From positions 140,042 through 204,041 of IMG/VR virus record IMGVR_UViG_3300013233_000235: 64,000 nt of DNA; one strand, 5' to 3'. Below, piece by piece: positions 9,835 to 19,818 of the stretch (position 1 is its first letter; each line of letters begins with the position of its first letter). The translations under genes and the position numbers were made by a program. The notes beneath the pieces are model-generated. The model saw only the letters and a list, made by a program, of their open reading frames with translations, did not search any database and had not been told where the DNA came from.

Positions 9835-10440
9835 AATGACTTATTAATGCGCTTAGTTGTCACCAGTGGTGTTAAGCTGAGATGTGACCACCGGGTGGTT
9901 GCGGTATCGCCCGATCGAGCCTGTACGTGGGCGGCGATACTAACCATTGGGGCTGAACACCCCATCCTCCCAACCATGGGTGGTTGGGATAATGTCCACG
10001 CCGTCCCACTAGCCACACCCGGTCGGGGGGTGCTAAACGACAACGATGCCACCCGACGGTTTACCCAGGCGATCGTAGATGGGGTCGGGCGTGGGCACGG
10101 GCTTCTATCAGACCGTACACGTGCCATACAGGGCCTCAACATGGGTGTGAGACTGCCGGAGTTGTTTGAGGGATACATGTGGTCAAAACTGGCCACAAGA
10201 CATGGGCTGGGTAACAGCCGGGCACTTTTTTACGCTGCATACGGGCTGTGCGAGCGGCAGGGCGACTGGTGGGAGGTACTGACCCACATGGAAGAGTACC
10301 AGCGTAGCGCACGCCAGCTTGTTGGGTTGGCTGGTGTGCGTACAGGGGGGGATCACGGGCTACTGTATATGAACAGTCGCCCGGAGTTACGAGATGCTGC
10401 ATTGGACACACTCATCGAGTATGTAAGGGGGGTGAAATGA
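9832..10440 (+). CDS. Hypothetical protein, 'CxW..P' family
   Basis: DRACTWAAILTIGAEHPIL; true start follows the repeat's SD. Confidence 0.75.
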   Translation: MNDLLMRLVVTSGVKLRCDHRVVAVSPDRACTWAAILTIGAEHPILPTMGGWDNVHAVPLATPGRGVLNDNDATRRFTQAIVDGVGRGHGLLSDRTRAIQGLNMGVRLPELFEGYMWSKLATRHGLGNSRALFYAAYGLCERQGDWWEVLTHMEEYQRSARQLVGLAGVRTGGDHGLLYMNSRPELRDAALDTLIEYVRGVK

Positions 10441-11366
10441 GTAGGGTGGTTAAAGAGCAGTTCGGCCCACTCCACGAGATGTTGCTCGCATCAATGTCAT
10501 CCCATGGGCGTAACCGGCTGGTAAGTATGACCGGCATGGGTGTGGACGGCACCTGGTGGGATAGGGTGCTCACAAAGGGCCGTCGCATCACACCAACGAA
10601 GTTGTGGTCCTACCTGGATAACGTCTACGATCCCGCAAAGGACCCCTTTACCCCCCGTGAACTTATTGATGCCGCTATTGAGTGGGACTGGGGGGTAGGG
10701 GTAACACCAACCAATGCTGCGGCCACGAGCCCCATCGTTAAGGAGTTCTGGTGGATCAGGGTTAACCACCACATCAGCACTACCCAGCTGTGTAGGTCCA
10801 TACACATGTGCTCAAGCCAAGTGTACAACATGGAGTCCGGCGACCGAGGGTGCTCATTAGAGCACAGCCTGCAACTGGCAGAGGCATTTATAAGCATCGG
10901 TGTAAGCAGAGAGTTGGTAGCCGCCGCCATTCTCAGATCTTTCTGCCCAGATCCTCGCCGTCATGCGCTGATGGGTACCGTGCTGAACATACTGGTTATG
11001 AGCCGGTGTACGTTAGCACCACTGCTGCTGATCATGGGTGGGCCTGATCTAACCAGAGCCCGCTTCCTGACTGGAGAGGGTGTTTCAATAACCACCATTG
11101 CGGCATGGACCCGGCATGCTACAAATAAGTATAGAGAGTTACGATCTATACTGGAGACGGGGGCCGTTGGTAACAGGCAGGTATTGTGGGAGGCACTTAT
11201 GATGAGGGATGTGCCCCAAGGTGGATTGGCAAAACACCTCGGTACAAACCCACGCCTATTTAAATACATGCTAGCCATAGGCCGAGGGGTTGGGGAATTG
11301 GATCTCACTCCGATCCAAAATATGCCATTGCGGGACGATGTTATAACGGGGGTTTACGTATGCTAA
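10437..11366 (+). CDS. XRE-type HTH-containing protein
   Basis: RVNHHISTTQLCRSIHMCSSQVYNMESGDRGCSLEHSLQLAEAF; second degenerate HTH near the C-terminus. Confidence 0.7.
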   Translation: MSRVVKEQFGPLHEMLLASMSSHGRNRLVSMTGMGVDGTWWDRVLTKGRRITPTKLWSYLDNVYDPAKDPFTPRELIDAAIEWDWGVGVTPTNAAATSPIVKEFWWIRVNHHISTTQLCRSIHMCSSQVYNMESGDRGCSLEHSLQLAEAFISIGVSRELVAAAILRSFCPDPRRHALMGTVLNILVMSRCTLAPLLLIMGGPDLTRARFLTGEGVSITTIAAWTRHATNKYRELRSILETGAVGNRQVLWEALMMRDVPQGGLAKHLGTNPRLFKYMLAIGRGVGELDLTPIQNMPLRDDVITGVYVC

Positions 11367-11749
11367 ATACGCTGGTTAAGCAGGGGCCGTTCACGGTCCC
11401 TACCGGTCTATCGGATAGAGCGCTACTGAGGGTAATATCGGCCAATATACCCCACATCCCCACCATGCACCGTGACCCCGCCGCAGTGGTGGTGGCATTG
11501 GCCATGGTGTGGGGAAGCATGTGCACAGAAGATCGACGAGATCTGTATGCCAACTACAGGACTGGATTGGACATTTACTTATGTCCAGACGAATACGCTG
11601 TCAAAATAAATGGGTTGAAATCACCCATAGTCGCAGCCGAATGCGGTATGTGGGTCAGATCACTACCAGCGGATGTCCGCAAACGGCTTACCCACATGGT
11701 GAGTAAAGCCATATCGAAATACCGGGCGGATACCCCGCCACCAACATAG
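11360..11749 (+). CDS. Hypothetical protein
   Basis: Overlapping ORF in the operon; SD GGGGG. Confidence 0.65.
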   Translation: MLNTLVKQGPFTVPTGLSDRALLRVISANIPHIPTMHRDPAAVVVALAMVWGSMCTEDRRDLYANYRTGLDIYLCPDEYAVKINGLKSPIVAAECGMWVRSLPADVRKRLTHMVSKAISKYRADTPPPT

Positions 11750-11778
11750 GGTGCACATTGCGTCCCGAGGAGCTAGTA

Positions 11779-12543
11779 ATGATTAAAACTGTAGAAGAAC
11801 TGAATGAAGTATTGCCCGAGGGCTACCTCGCCGAGATTGGTGAGGGTAGTGGGGATGACACACACCACCAGCTTACCGTGATGAGAGGGGATGCACTGAT
11901 CATTAAGTATCTGTACAATGCCAACAGGTTCCCTAACATCTGGGTAGATGGGGACTACCTCGCCATTGTACAAAGCATAGACCGTAGCTGCATCCGGTTC
12001 TATCGGTTGGACATGGTGGGACAGGGGATGCTCTACAGCCTCATCTTCACCGGGTATGTGTTCGAGGTACCCGTGAGTATGTTAGAGGATGTGGTGGCCA
12101 CTCTACGGGCTTTAGAACTGGCTATAACTGCATACACCCCTGGCTTGGTGGACGTCGAGTACGCATCTTTGGCGCCGGGGGCATCCGCGATGTTTAAACA
12201 CATGGCTGTATCAAGGGGGTTCATACAGAAGAACCGTGGGGCAAGGTTGCACAGCGATTACTACATCCGTGACCCCGAGAATGGTGTGTCGCTGTATGAG
12301 AACACACTTTACCGGGAGGGCCGATGGTTTGGAGAAGGGGAGTACACAACGTTCGACGTGCGTATGGATGCTACCCGCTGGTCTATCTCTAACAGGATTC
12401 GCACAGGCACTGGTAAGAGTATCAGTCAGTGCATCAACGTGTATCGCCCAGAGCTGGCGCCTGGCCAGGCAGCCATGGTGTCGCTCATAAACGAATCACA
12501 CATGGTGGAGTTATTAGCTAACTCCACTGTTGTGGTTGCATAG
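11779..12543 (+). CDS. Hypothetical protein
   Basis: SD GAGGAG before ATG 11779. Confidence 0.7.
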   Translation: MIKTVEELNEVLPEGYLAEIGEGSGDDTHHQLTVMRGDALIIKYLYNANRFPNIWVDGDYLAIVQSIDRSCIRFYRLDMVGQGMLYSLIFTGYVFEVPVSMLEDVVATLRALELAITAYTPGLVDVEYASLAPGASAMFKHMAVSRGFIQKNRGARLHSDYYIRDPENGVSLYENTLYREGRWFGEGEYTTFDVRMDATRWSISNRIRTGTGKSISQCINVYRPELAPGQAAMVSLINESHMVELLANSTVVVA

Positions 12544-12592
12544 TGGGCACGGGGCTTTCTTAACCGTAAGCCCCATAGCTGTGTATGTGATG

Positions 12593-12695
12593 GCCCCCTC
12601 GGGGGCTTTCTTTTTTATTTGTTTCCATACATTTTCAGAACTATATAACTTGTATGAAGAGACATCTTGATCTCTTGTATAGGAGTTTAGTTATG
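12593..12695 (+). promoter_or_regulatory. Family-A cassette repeat copy 2
   Basis: Same architecture; loop CATCTTGA. Confidence 0.9.
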
Positions 12696-13430
12696 AGTAA
12701 AATGGTTAACTCGCTTAAGAAGGTGCCCAATACACCACGCAATTTCATGCACGAGGGGCGCCTTAGAAACCTCTTGGTACATATGCGGGAGTCGGACCCA
12801 TCCGCTATTACGCCAGAGAACATGTTCGTCATGGCGGACATCCCGGTAGATTTTACCCGGCTGGCTTTACCCGAGATCCACGCCAGTGGTGCGACCCAGC
12901 CGATTTCTATCGCCGCCCTGACACGTCTTATCAACGGTGTCCAAATTGGCCGCATACGGTCGACAGATGGGTCGTTTGTGGTGGCTGCCTTTCCTAGATG
13001 GTATGATTCGGGCGCTGGTGCTATTAGCGTCGCCATATGTGTGGAAGGGGCGACAAATTCGGCTCTGGATATTAACATTATACATGGTCGGCGTATACTC
13101 CATGTTGCATGTGGGCATAAGCGGGCGTGGATAATCACGGATCTGGGTGCATGGCTTGTAGGCTGGGATGTCGATAGCCAGGGATCTGTACATATCCAGG
13201 AAGGGGCGGTACCACTCGGCGATGGGGGCCCATTGTACAACACTCGCATCCAGATGATCTATAATGCGGATGTGGATGAAGATAACAATCTTACATACAC
13301 GGCCGTATGCTATAATGGGGGGGAACCAACCGCTGCATACGAGGTCTGCGTATCCCCGATGACAGGTCAACACGATGCACCGTCCGATATGAGTGTGTCC
13401 GAATTGATGGACACACTTAAAACAAACTAA
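12693..13430 (+). CDS. Hypothetical protein, paralog of 62263-63030
   Basis: RLRNLL, AWIITDLGAWL, GGPL..MIYNADV shared with 62263. Confidence 0.8.
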   Translation: MSKMVNSLKKVPNTPRNFMHEGRLRNLLVHMRESDPSAITPENMFVMADIPVDFTRLALPEIHASGATQPISIAALTRLINGVQIGRIRSTDGSFVVAAFPRWYDSGAGAISVAICVEGATNSALDINIIHGRRILHVACGHKRAWIITDLGAWLVGWDVDSQGSVHIQEGAVPLGDGGPLYNTRIQMIYNADVDEDNNLTYTAVCYNGGEPTAAYEVCVSPMTGQHDAPSDMSVSELMDTLKTN

Positions 13431-13440
13431 GGAGTTAGAC

Positions 13441-13845
13441 ATGAACCGAGTAAGCTTAGTGAGAGCGCTAAAAGAGTTTTGTAAGTCCACGGGCACCAAG
13501 CTATCCGATTACGTGGTAGGTGCAGGTGGTGCCATGATGTTGGAGAGTCGCACTTTGCGCTCCGAAACCGATGATGTGGATGTTGCTACTTCACACCGGG
13601 TGTGGGATCTGTTGTACAAGTTACCACACCGGGAAGAGTATTTCGGGGACACTGAGATACGTGCCTTTGGCAAAGTGGATGTACACCTGGTTGATAACCC
13701 GGTGGTTATTGAAACACTGGTATCAAAAGAGGGTGTCATATATTGGGACCCTGAGACCGTGCTACGGTTCAAGCAATACCTCAACAGAGATAAGGATCAG
13801 AAGGATATAACCGCCCTAAAGAAGTACATCGCTAGTAATAAGTAA
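13441..13845 (+). CDS. Pol-beta superfamily nucleotidyltransferase-like protein
   Basis: YVVGAGGAMML..LRSETDDVDV and C-terminal NRDKDQKDI; SD AGGAG. Confidence 0.7.
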   Translation: MNRVSLVRALKEFCKSTGTKLSDYVVGAGGAMMLESRTLRSETDDVDVATSHRVWDLLYKLPHREEYFGDTEIRAFGKVDVHLVDNPVVIETLVSKEGVIYWDPETVLRFKQYLNRDKDQKDITALKKYIASNK

Positions 13846-13846
13846 T

Positions 13847-13957
13847 AAGTCAGCCCCTTCGGGGGCTTTCCTTTTTATTTGTTTCCATCAATTCTTAGAA
13901 CTATATAACTTGTATGAAGAGACACTTTGATCTCTTATTGTGAAGGATGTTGATATG
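13847..13957 (+). promoter_or_regulatory. Family-A cassette repeat copy 3 (divergent 3' end)
   Basis: Terminator, TATATAAC and CACTTTGA-loop hairpin are conserved; SD is AAGGA. Confidence 0.9.
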
Positions 13958-14047
13958 AGTAAAGTATGTAAGAACCCCACAGGCCCAAATGGCCGGGTTA
14001 GTTACGGACTCGCCCACGGTACCACCCTCTCCAACGAGCCACACTAG
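13955..14047 (+). CDS. 30-aa peptide, first ORF of the cassette
   Basis: MSKVCKNPTGPNGRVSYGLAHGTTLSNEPH; SD AAGGA; starts ATGAGTAAAG like other cassette genes. Confidence 0.5.
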   Translation: MSKVCKNPTGPNGRVSYGLAHGTTLSNEPH

Positions 14048-14060
14048 GGATAAAGGCGCA

Positions 14061-14690
14061 ATGACCAACCATAGGGTTAGCCCCAACTACACACCCCCAG
14101 CAACCCCGCTAGGCGATTATCTGCGTGCCGTCATGGCGCACCAGGATATAACCTGGAGGGGACTTTCCAATCGCGTGGGATGTACACCCATCTCATTGGC
14201 CGCCATCGCATCAGGTGAATCCCGCTTTCCGGATGTATCCCAAGAAAACCTTCTGATGTATTGTAAACACGTTTACAAAGATAGGTTTTGTAAGGATGCT
14301 TGGCGCAGAGCTATGTCCGGCATACCAACGGGTAATAAGGAGGTGCACGCAGCAATGGCCACCCCTTTGGGGGACGCTATGCGGGAGTTCCGCCGAGAGC
14401 ATGGGATCACCTATAGCCAGTTCGCCCGCATGTGTGGTATCAATCACACGTACCTGCGGTCAATCGAGCGTGGTAAAGTGAAACTTAGCTTTGCCAACGG
14501 CGTTTATATATCAAAAGGTATACGCGCCAATGGGGACCTAGATGTGGCAGCGACACGCCTACTTGATTTGGTGTCTAGCACCATGGTGCAACCCACTTAC
14601 ACGGATATGGCTATTAGAATATCCGCCCTTAATGAAACCAAACAACGCAGGCTTTCTGACCTGCTACTTAAGTTGGAGACAGAGAAATGA
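14061..14690 (+). CDS. Tandem XRE-type HTH protein
   Basis: Two TPLGD-led HTHs, e.g. FRREHGITYSQFARMCGINHTYLRSIERG. Confidence 0.8.
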   Translation: MTNHRVSPNYTPPATPLGDYLRAVMAHQDITWRGLSNRVGCTPISLAAIASGESRFPDVSQENLLMYCKHVYKDRFCKDAWRRAMSGIPTGNKEVHAAMATPLGDAMREFRREHGITYSQFARMCGINHTYLRSIERGKVKLSFANGVYISKGIRANGDLDVAATRLLDLVSSTMVQPTYTDMAIRISALNETKQRRLSDLLLKLETEK

Positions 14691-14929
14691 ATAATGCCGT
14701 AACAAGATACATCAAACAGTTCGTACCAATGCATCCCGAGCGGATTTCCAAGATGGGTAAGGCCATCGGGTGGGATGGTAATGAGCTATACCACTGGCTG
14801 CGTGGTGAACGCCCAAACCCATCCTTGGCGTACATGGAGCGGATCTCCCGTTACCTGAGCCGGGGTAACCCTGAGTTTGAACCAATCCGGTTCGATCAGC
14901 TAATAGAAGGAGTGAACAAACGTGATTGA
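14687..14929 (+). CDS. Small Cro/XRE-like HTH protein
   Basis: ISKMGKAIGWDGNELYHWLRGERPNPSLAYMERISRYL. Confidence 0.7.
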   Translation: MNNAVTRYIKQFVPMHPERISKMGKAIGWDGNELYHWLRGERPNPSLAYMERISRYLSRGNPEFEPIRFDQLIEGVNKRD

Positions 14930-15440
14930 GAAAACAGATGTAAGAAAGCTGTGGCTCATGGGTCGCATGGCCGGTATGGTTGACACCATCCGTGGTGAGC
15001 GGATGGCTGGTAATATACACATACCCATTGGGGAGCATATGCGGGATGGTGTGTACAAGCACCAGTTTGTGAACGATAAGCTGGTACGGTCCATTGCGCA
15101 GATCCGAGCGGTGATATTGGCGGCCTTAGTCGCCCCACCGGCTGAGTACCTGCCGATACTGGCACTGCTGAGCCCCGAAAACCCCGTCCCATATGGTAAA
15201 GGTTGGCCTGAAGAGTATGCCCCCGTGCATATGGCGGTGCACGGGTGCTACTTACTAAACACCCCCCTGCTATTGACCGAATTGGTGGAGGTGGTTACCT
15301 ACAGCCTCTTCGACATCCCTGATGAAAACATGGATGTGGCCATTGCCGCGATTCGGTCCTACTACGCTATGGGGGCCACCGGGGAGTCGCTAGCATTGTA
15401 CGAGGCATTAGAGGTCTATGACACCATCCCAAAAGGGTAG
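14922..15440 (+). CDS. Hypothetical protein
   Basis: GTG start with SD AAGGAG; overlaps the upstream stop. Confidence 0.7.
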   Translation: MIEKTDVRKLWLMGRMAGMVDTIRGERMAGNIHIPIGEHMRDGVYKHQFVNDKLVRSIAQIRAVILAALVAPPAEYLPILALLSPENPVPYGKGWPEEYAPVHMAVHGCYLLNTPLLLTELVEVVTYSLFDIPDENMDVAIAAIRSYYAMGATGESLALYEALEVYDTIPKG

Positions 15441-15447
15441 ATGCACA

Positions 15448-15687
15448 TTGCCCCCAACCTCACCATGTGGTGCATGGTTGGATAAGCGTGTACGTGAGGG
15501 GGTGATAACTAGGGGCCAGTGGGTGGCTGCACTACCCATCGCGTATGGTACCTGGAGGAAGATCGAACTGGGTCGTATCCCCATTACCGAGGCGACAGCC
15601 ATGCGCCTACAGCGGACTGTTATACGTGTGTTGGGTCACGACCACTTAGATAGTTGGTGGGGTTGTGTTAACACACACCCGCTGTAA
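15448..15687 (+). CDS. Small XRE-like HTH protein
   Basis: TSPCGAWLDKRVREGVITRGQWVAALPIAYGTWRKIELGRIPIT; start uncertain (TTG 15448 or ATG 15418). Confidence 0.6.
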   Translation: MPPTSPCGAWLDKRVREGVITRGQWVAALPIAYGTWRKIELGRIPITEATAMRLQRTVIRVLGHDHLDSWWGCVNTHPL

Positions 15688-15700
15688 ATTGCGGCATAAC

Positions 15701-15811
15701 AAGACTCCCTTAATCGGGAGTCTTTCTTTTTTATTTGTTTCCATACATTCTTAAGACTATATAACTTGTATGAAGAGACGCATTGATCTCTTGTATAGGA
15801 GTTTAGTTATG
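15701..15811 (+). promoter_or_regulatory. Family-A cassette repeat copy 4 (different terminator hairpin)
   Basis: AAGACTCCC-TTAATC-GGGAGTCTT, then the conserved core; loop CGCATTGA. Confidence 0.9.
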
Positions 15812-16351
15812 AACGAAGAATTATCTAAAGCGTGTGCATCCATAGCGGATACCCCGCAGTTGGAATTGACATTTGATGTCAACCGCATTAGCGGTATGCC
15901 CGATGGGACAAGTGCCAATATCTTGTCACGATTGTTGGGTGTTCCGCTATCATTCCTAACTGCGGTTGCCGGGGTGAGTTGCAAGAAAGCCGCTCTGGCG
16001 AATATTTGCACAGCAGTAACACGCCCCGGCCTATCGGTGGTATACGCCGTACGGGGCGGTACACTGCATGTACAATTCTTGGTTGCTGGGGAGTACGAGC
16101 ATCTACGGATAGATGCCCCTGAGGATCCCATTCTAGGCATGGGGGTGTCGGGGTTAACCGCATGGGTGGTTACCACACAGGGTGTCTACAAACACCAGTT
16201 GAATGACTTCGAGCCCCCGCAAGTGTTTACATACCCTATAACGGGTATAACGGGCATGGCGGTAAGTGGTACGGGGATCATCATTGATGTCTTGCTGCCC
16301 GACGGTGTTGAGCGATCAATGCATCTGCGTGTGGAGGCCGATAGTGAATAA
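15809..16351 (+). CDS. Hypothetical protein, distant member of the 12693/62263 family
   Basis: ILGMGVSGLTAWVVTTQGVY vs ILHVACGHKRAWIITDLGAW. Confidence 0.7.
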   Translation: MNEELSKACASIADTPQLELTFDVNRISGMPDGTSANILSRLLGVPLSFLTAVAGVSCKKAALANICTAVTRPGLSVVYAVRGGTLHVQFLVAGEYEHLRIDAPEDPILGMGVSGLTAWVVTTQGVYKHQLNDFEPPQVFTYPITGITGMAVSGTGIIIDVLLPDGVERSMHLRVEADSE

Positions 16352-16967
16352 GTCCATATTAATGGTCTGCGACCCCAAGATCTTTGCTGTGCAGGATCGG
16401 TATCTGGTAACCAGACCTGACAGACCCTGTACGTGGAGAACACTGCATCGGCTGGCCCGCACTTACCCAATCGTTGACAGATACCTAAGTGTTGGGTGCC
16501 TGCTGCCAAATCCTGCCCCACACCGCCGTAGCAAGTTCATAGACGAAGGCACCGCCGAACTGTACGGCATTATCGCAGACTATGTGGCCAGTGGGTACGC
16601 CCACTATAAGTTCGGAGTAGAGGTCGCCAAACACCTGCGCGCCACCACATGTGTGCAGAGCATGAGTGGTACGCTGAACTGGCTGGCTATCTTACCACAC
16701 GTCTATCCGGAGTTACGCCCACTTGTGTTAAAGATACATGGCTTGGATGGGTTAGATAGCGTTATGGTTGCTAAGGCCGTGCGGTTAGCTATAAGCATAT
16801 CTAAGTACAGGCACCGCCGGACCACCTATTCCGAGGTATACGGAATAACGCCAGCAAACGAACGACAGTTGTTCAGCAGAGGATACACCTGCAAACATAA
16901 AGAAAAGATTATATCTAACCTAAAAGAGGGGGGCGAGTTATGGGATACATCATCGGTTCTATGGTAA
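16344..16967 (+). CDS. Hypothetical protein, 'CxW..P' family, HTH-like C-terminus
   Basis: DRPCTWRTLHRLARTYPIV; GTG start with SD GGAGG. Confidence 0.75.
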   Translation: MNKSILMVCDPKIFAVQDRYLVTRPDRPCTWRTLHRLARTYPIVDRYLSVGCLLPNPAPHRRSKFIDEGTAELYGIIADYVASGYAHYKFGVEVAKHLRATTCVQSMSGTLNWLAILPHVYPELRPLVLKIHGLDGLDSVMVAKAVRLAISISKYRHRRTTYSEVYGITPANERQLFSRGYTCKHKEKIISNLKEGGELWDTSSVLW

Positions 16968-17680
16968 AGAGGCTACGGGAAGTACAAGGGCTATCTGTAA
17001 AGGGCATGGCCCTCTTATACGGGGTTGGTCACCAAAGTCTCCGTAATGCCGAACACGGGGTTTACTCGCTAACCCCGGATGCTTTCCAAAGTATCGCAAT
17101 GGCTAGCGAGGAAGTGTATGCTAAAGCGGGGTTTACAAGGGCAGAGATGGCCACTGCCGCTGCTGACATGTACCTGGCTAGACACCGTGAAGTCATGAAA
17201 GACTTCTCATCGAAGAAGGTTGGGCCACGTAAAGAGTATAAGGTGCTGTTACGTAACGCTCGCCTGAATGGACACATATCGTCAACGCTGCTAGCCCAAG
17301 AAATGGGCATAACCCCATACAACTTCGGTCAGTTGGAATGCGCGGGGAGATCTGTTAAGGGCCCCATGTTACACCGATGGTTATTAGCACTTGAACAATA
17401 CCAGTGTGAGCGGCCCGTGCTTATAGAGATAGTGGCTGCCAGATATGGGATCTCTATAAGTATAGCTGGGGAGGTGTTCAACCAGATATACAGTGCTATC
17501 CTGGCCAGCGGTATCACCACCCAACGGTACCTTAAAGAAACGGGTACCCGGTCAACTACGCTACAGGTGCTGAATGTGCACCGCAGGGTGATGTGGAACA
17601 TGTGCATGGCCCACAATCGGTGGGTGGACGATAATGGTTTATTAGGCGATAGTTGTAAAATAAATATGGAGGAGCTATAA
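16940..17680 (+). CDS. Tandem XRE-type HTH protein
   Basis: VKRLREVQGLSVKGMALLYGVGHQSLRNAEHG and ARLNGHISSTLLAQEMGITPYNFGQLECAG. Confidence 0.8.
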   Translation: MGYIIGSMVKRLREVQGLSVKGMALLYGVGHQSLRNAEHGVYSLTPDAFQSIAMASEEVYAKAGFTRAEMATAAADMYLARHREVMKDFSSKKVGPRKEYKVLLRNARLNGHISSTLLAQEMGITPYNFGQLECAGRSVKGPMLHRWLLALEQYQCERPVLIEIVAARYGISISIAGEVFNQIYSAILASGITTQRYLKETGTRSTTLQVLNVHRRVMWNMCMAHNRWVDDNGLLGDSCKINMEEL

Positions 17681-18348
17681 TGAACATTGGTTTACAACGG
17701 GCGCTGGCAGGGTCCATAACGGGTGTGGTCAGCGAGACTGCCCGGCGCGCCATACAGCGGGACGATGCATCTTGCAGTTGGTACACAATGCGTAGACTGG
17801 CCCTACTGCATCCGCAGGTTGGTACAGCACTCAACCTTAACAGGCTGCTACCCACGGTCATTCGCAACACCACCTCGCAGACGGTGTGTGATAACACCGG
17901 GGAGTTCTACAGCGAGATCAGTACACGGCTTAAGATAACACATGCAGACCACCCTGATCTGGAGGCGTGTCTGCGCCACCTGGGTACAGACACGCTGAGA
18001 CCGCACCCTGCCGATGCGATCAACTGGGTAAATATGCGTTACTCACCTGGGCACCTGTGGACCCTATTTGGCAAGATGTACGGACTAGGCGAGTTATCTA
18101 CCCACCATCTGAAGCAAGCTGTGTGGCTGGCTGCCGCCCTGGGCACGTACACGGTTCTGCCCAAAGATTACACGGCAATGTATGGGCTCACCAACCGTGA
18201 GGTCAGTTCGGTATTCTCCATTGGGCGAGGGACTAGAGAAAAGTTGGCGGCCCTGGATAAATGGTCCCAGGTGTCTCCACGGGTCTCAGCCCATGGGGAC
18301 CTGCCCATATTAACGCACTGGCTGATGTTATTGCAACTACACTCGTAA
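17680..18348 (+). CDS. Hypothetical protein, 'CxW..P' family
   Basis: DASCSWYTMRRLALLHPQV; SD GGAGGAG. Confidence 0.75.
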   Translation: MNIGLQRALAGSITGVVSETARRAIQRDDASCSWYTMRRLALLHPQVGTALNLNRLLPTVIRNTTSQTVCDNTGEFYSEISTRLKITHADHPDLEACLRHLGTDTLRPHPADAINWVNMRYSPGHLWTLFGKMYGLGELSTHHLKQAVWLAAALGTYTVLPKDYTAMYGLTNREVSSVFSIGRGTREKLAALDKWSQVSPRVSAHGDLPILTHWLMLLQLHS

Positions 18349-18407
18349 CAAACAAATCTGGGTATACTACCCTAACTAACGCCGCAGATGCGGCAAGGAT
18401 ATTGACT

Positions 18408-19106
18408 ATGGAAAACCAAAGAATAGAAGCAGTTGAAACCAATGCGGCAATTTTAGAGGTCATGTTAAACTGCGGGTATGACCCCACCTACAGTCACGAC
18501 ATGGCCGCAGGCCGGGTGACATTGGCCGACGCGACATTGGCCCGCATACACGCGGAGGACCACCGTATACCCGCCCCCCTCCGCCGTATTGTCGGCGGGA
18601 TTGACGAGCTGGTAGATCAGGAGCTGAATAGATTGGGGCACACGGCGGTCTCAGTGGAAGCCAATCTTGGCAAAGGCCTATGCTATTGGGCCGGATGGAA
18701 ATATAGGTATGTCAAAAGTGGTCAACGTATGTATCACGCACCAGCCCCCGTGGACATGTTGCTAGAGGCACACAGGATGTCTGGGGAGGCTGTGGATACC
18801 GGCTTACTGAAAGCCGTGCTCACAGTGGACGTATACAGCGACCGAGTGCAACGTATGGCTGTGGCGGCCACGATGTTCCGGACGGCCTACACACTGTCTC
18901 ATCCAGAGATGGCTGTGGCTGTAGGGTTGGAAAGGCCCGAGCTAGGGCGCTACCTATGTATGGGTGGGGATGAGTCGGGTGTACTGTTAGATGCGTCCAA
19001 GACGTTTTATCGGTACATGTGGACTCACCGGGTTAAGCTTGGCGAGCTCGTCCCCGACTGGCTCAACCCTGTTGATTTCAACAGCGCTTATGGTGAATCG
19101 ATATGA
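18408..19106 (+). CDS. Hypothetical protein with degenerate C-terminal XRE-HTH
   Basis: FRTAYTLSHPEMAVAVGLERPELGRYL; SD AAGGA. Confidence 0.65.
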   Translation: MENQRIEAVETNAAILEVMLNCGYDPTYSHDMAAGRVTLADATLARIHAEDHRIPAPLRRIVGGIDELVDQELNRLGHTAVSVEANLGKGLCYWAGWKYRYVKSGQRMYHAPAPVDMLLEAHRMSGEAVDTGLLKAVLTVDVYSDRVQRMAVAATMFRTAYTLSHPEMAVAVGLERPELGRYLCMGGDESGVLLDASKTFYRYMWTHRVKLGELVPDWLNPVDFNSAYGESI

Positions 19107-19696
19107 ATGAGTTGCTGACGAAGGTCTTGGGTGACCGCCAGCTAAACTTGACCCCGTCTGAAGAGAGGGCTATTTATACACCCGGCGTCGGTATGAGCTG
19201 GATAAGTCTTGGCAGGATTATCACCAATAACCCCATCCTGATGGGGCAGGGCTATTACGCCCATCTGTCAGCTGTACACTGCGATCCAAAAACATGCGTG
19301 TTAGTGGGTGGGGATGAGATGTCTACGGCTCTGGCTATCTCGATGAAAGAGTTAGCTACCTATGGTGATTCCACGTCATTGGATAACCATAAGTACTTCC
19401 TATCCAGGGGTGCCAAGCCTACTGGCATCATGGCGAGCTTGTGGATATACCACTTAGAGCGACATGGCATAACCAGTGCATCAGCGCTGTACAGAGAGGT
19501 GTATGGCCTAGATAAGCAACAGGCTAAGGCGGCGTGCGAGCTTGTCTGGGTGACCACCATGCGTGGGAGGACGGTCAGCAGGATCGCCAGCTATGCGGGT
19601 TACCGCGCCAAAGAGGTTTCCCAACTATGGGTGGTTGGGGCAAAGTCGTCCAAGAAGGATGAGGTAATCCACCGTTTACGGGAACTCATGGGGTAG
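19103..19696 (+). CDS. Hypothetical protein, 'CxW..P' family
   Basis: GMSWISLGRIITNNPIL; VYGLD..TVSRIASYAGYRAKEVSQLW. Confidence 0.75.
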   Translation: MNELLTKVLGDRQLNLTPSEERAIYTPGVGMSWISLGRIITNNPILMGQGYYAHLSAVHCDPKTCVLVGGDEMSTALAISMKELATYGDSTSLDNHKYFLSRGAKPTGIMASLWIYHLERHGITSASALYREVYGLDKQQAKAACELVWVTTMRGRTVSRIASYAGYRAKEVSQLWVVGAKSSKKDEVIHRLRELMG

Positions 19697-19711
19697 TTAA
19701 CCCCCAGAATA

Positions 19712-19818
19712 AAGTTAGCCCTTCGGGGCTTTCTTTTTTATTTGTTTCCCTATATTCTTAGAACTATATAACTTGTATGAAGAGACACTTTGATCTCTTG
19801 TATAGGAGTTTAGTTATG
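19712..19818 (+). promoter_or_regulatory. Family-A cassette repeat copy 5
   Basis: Conserved architecture; loop CACTTTGA, 3' block GTATAGGAG. Confidence 0.9.
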
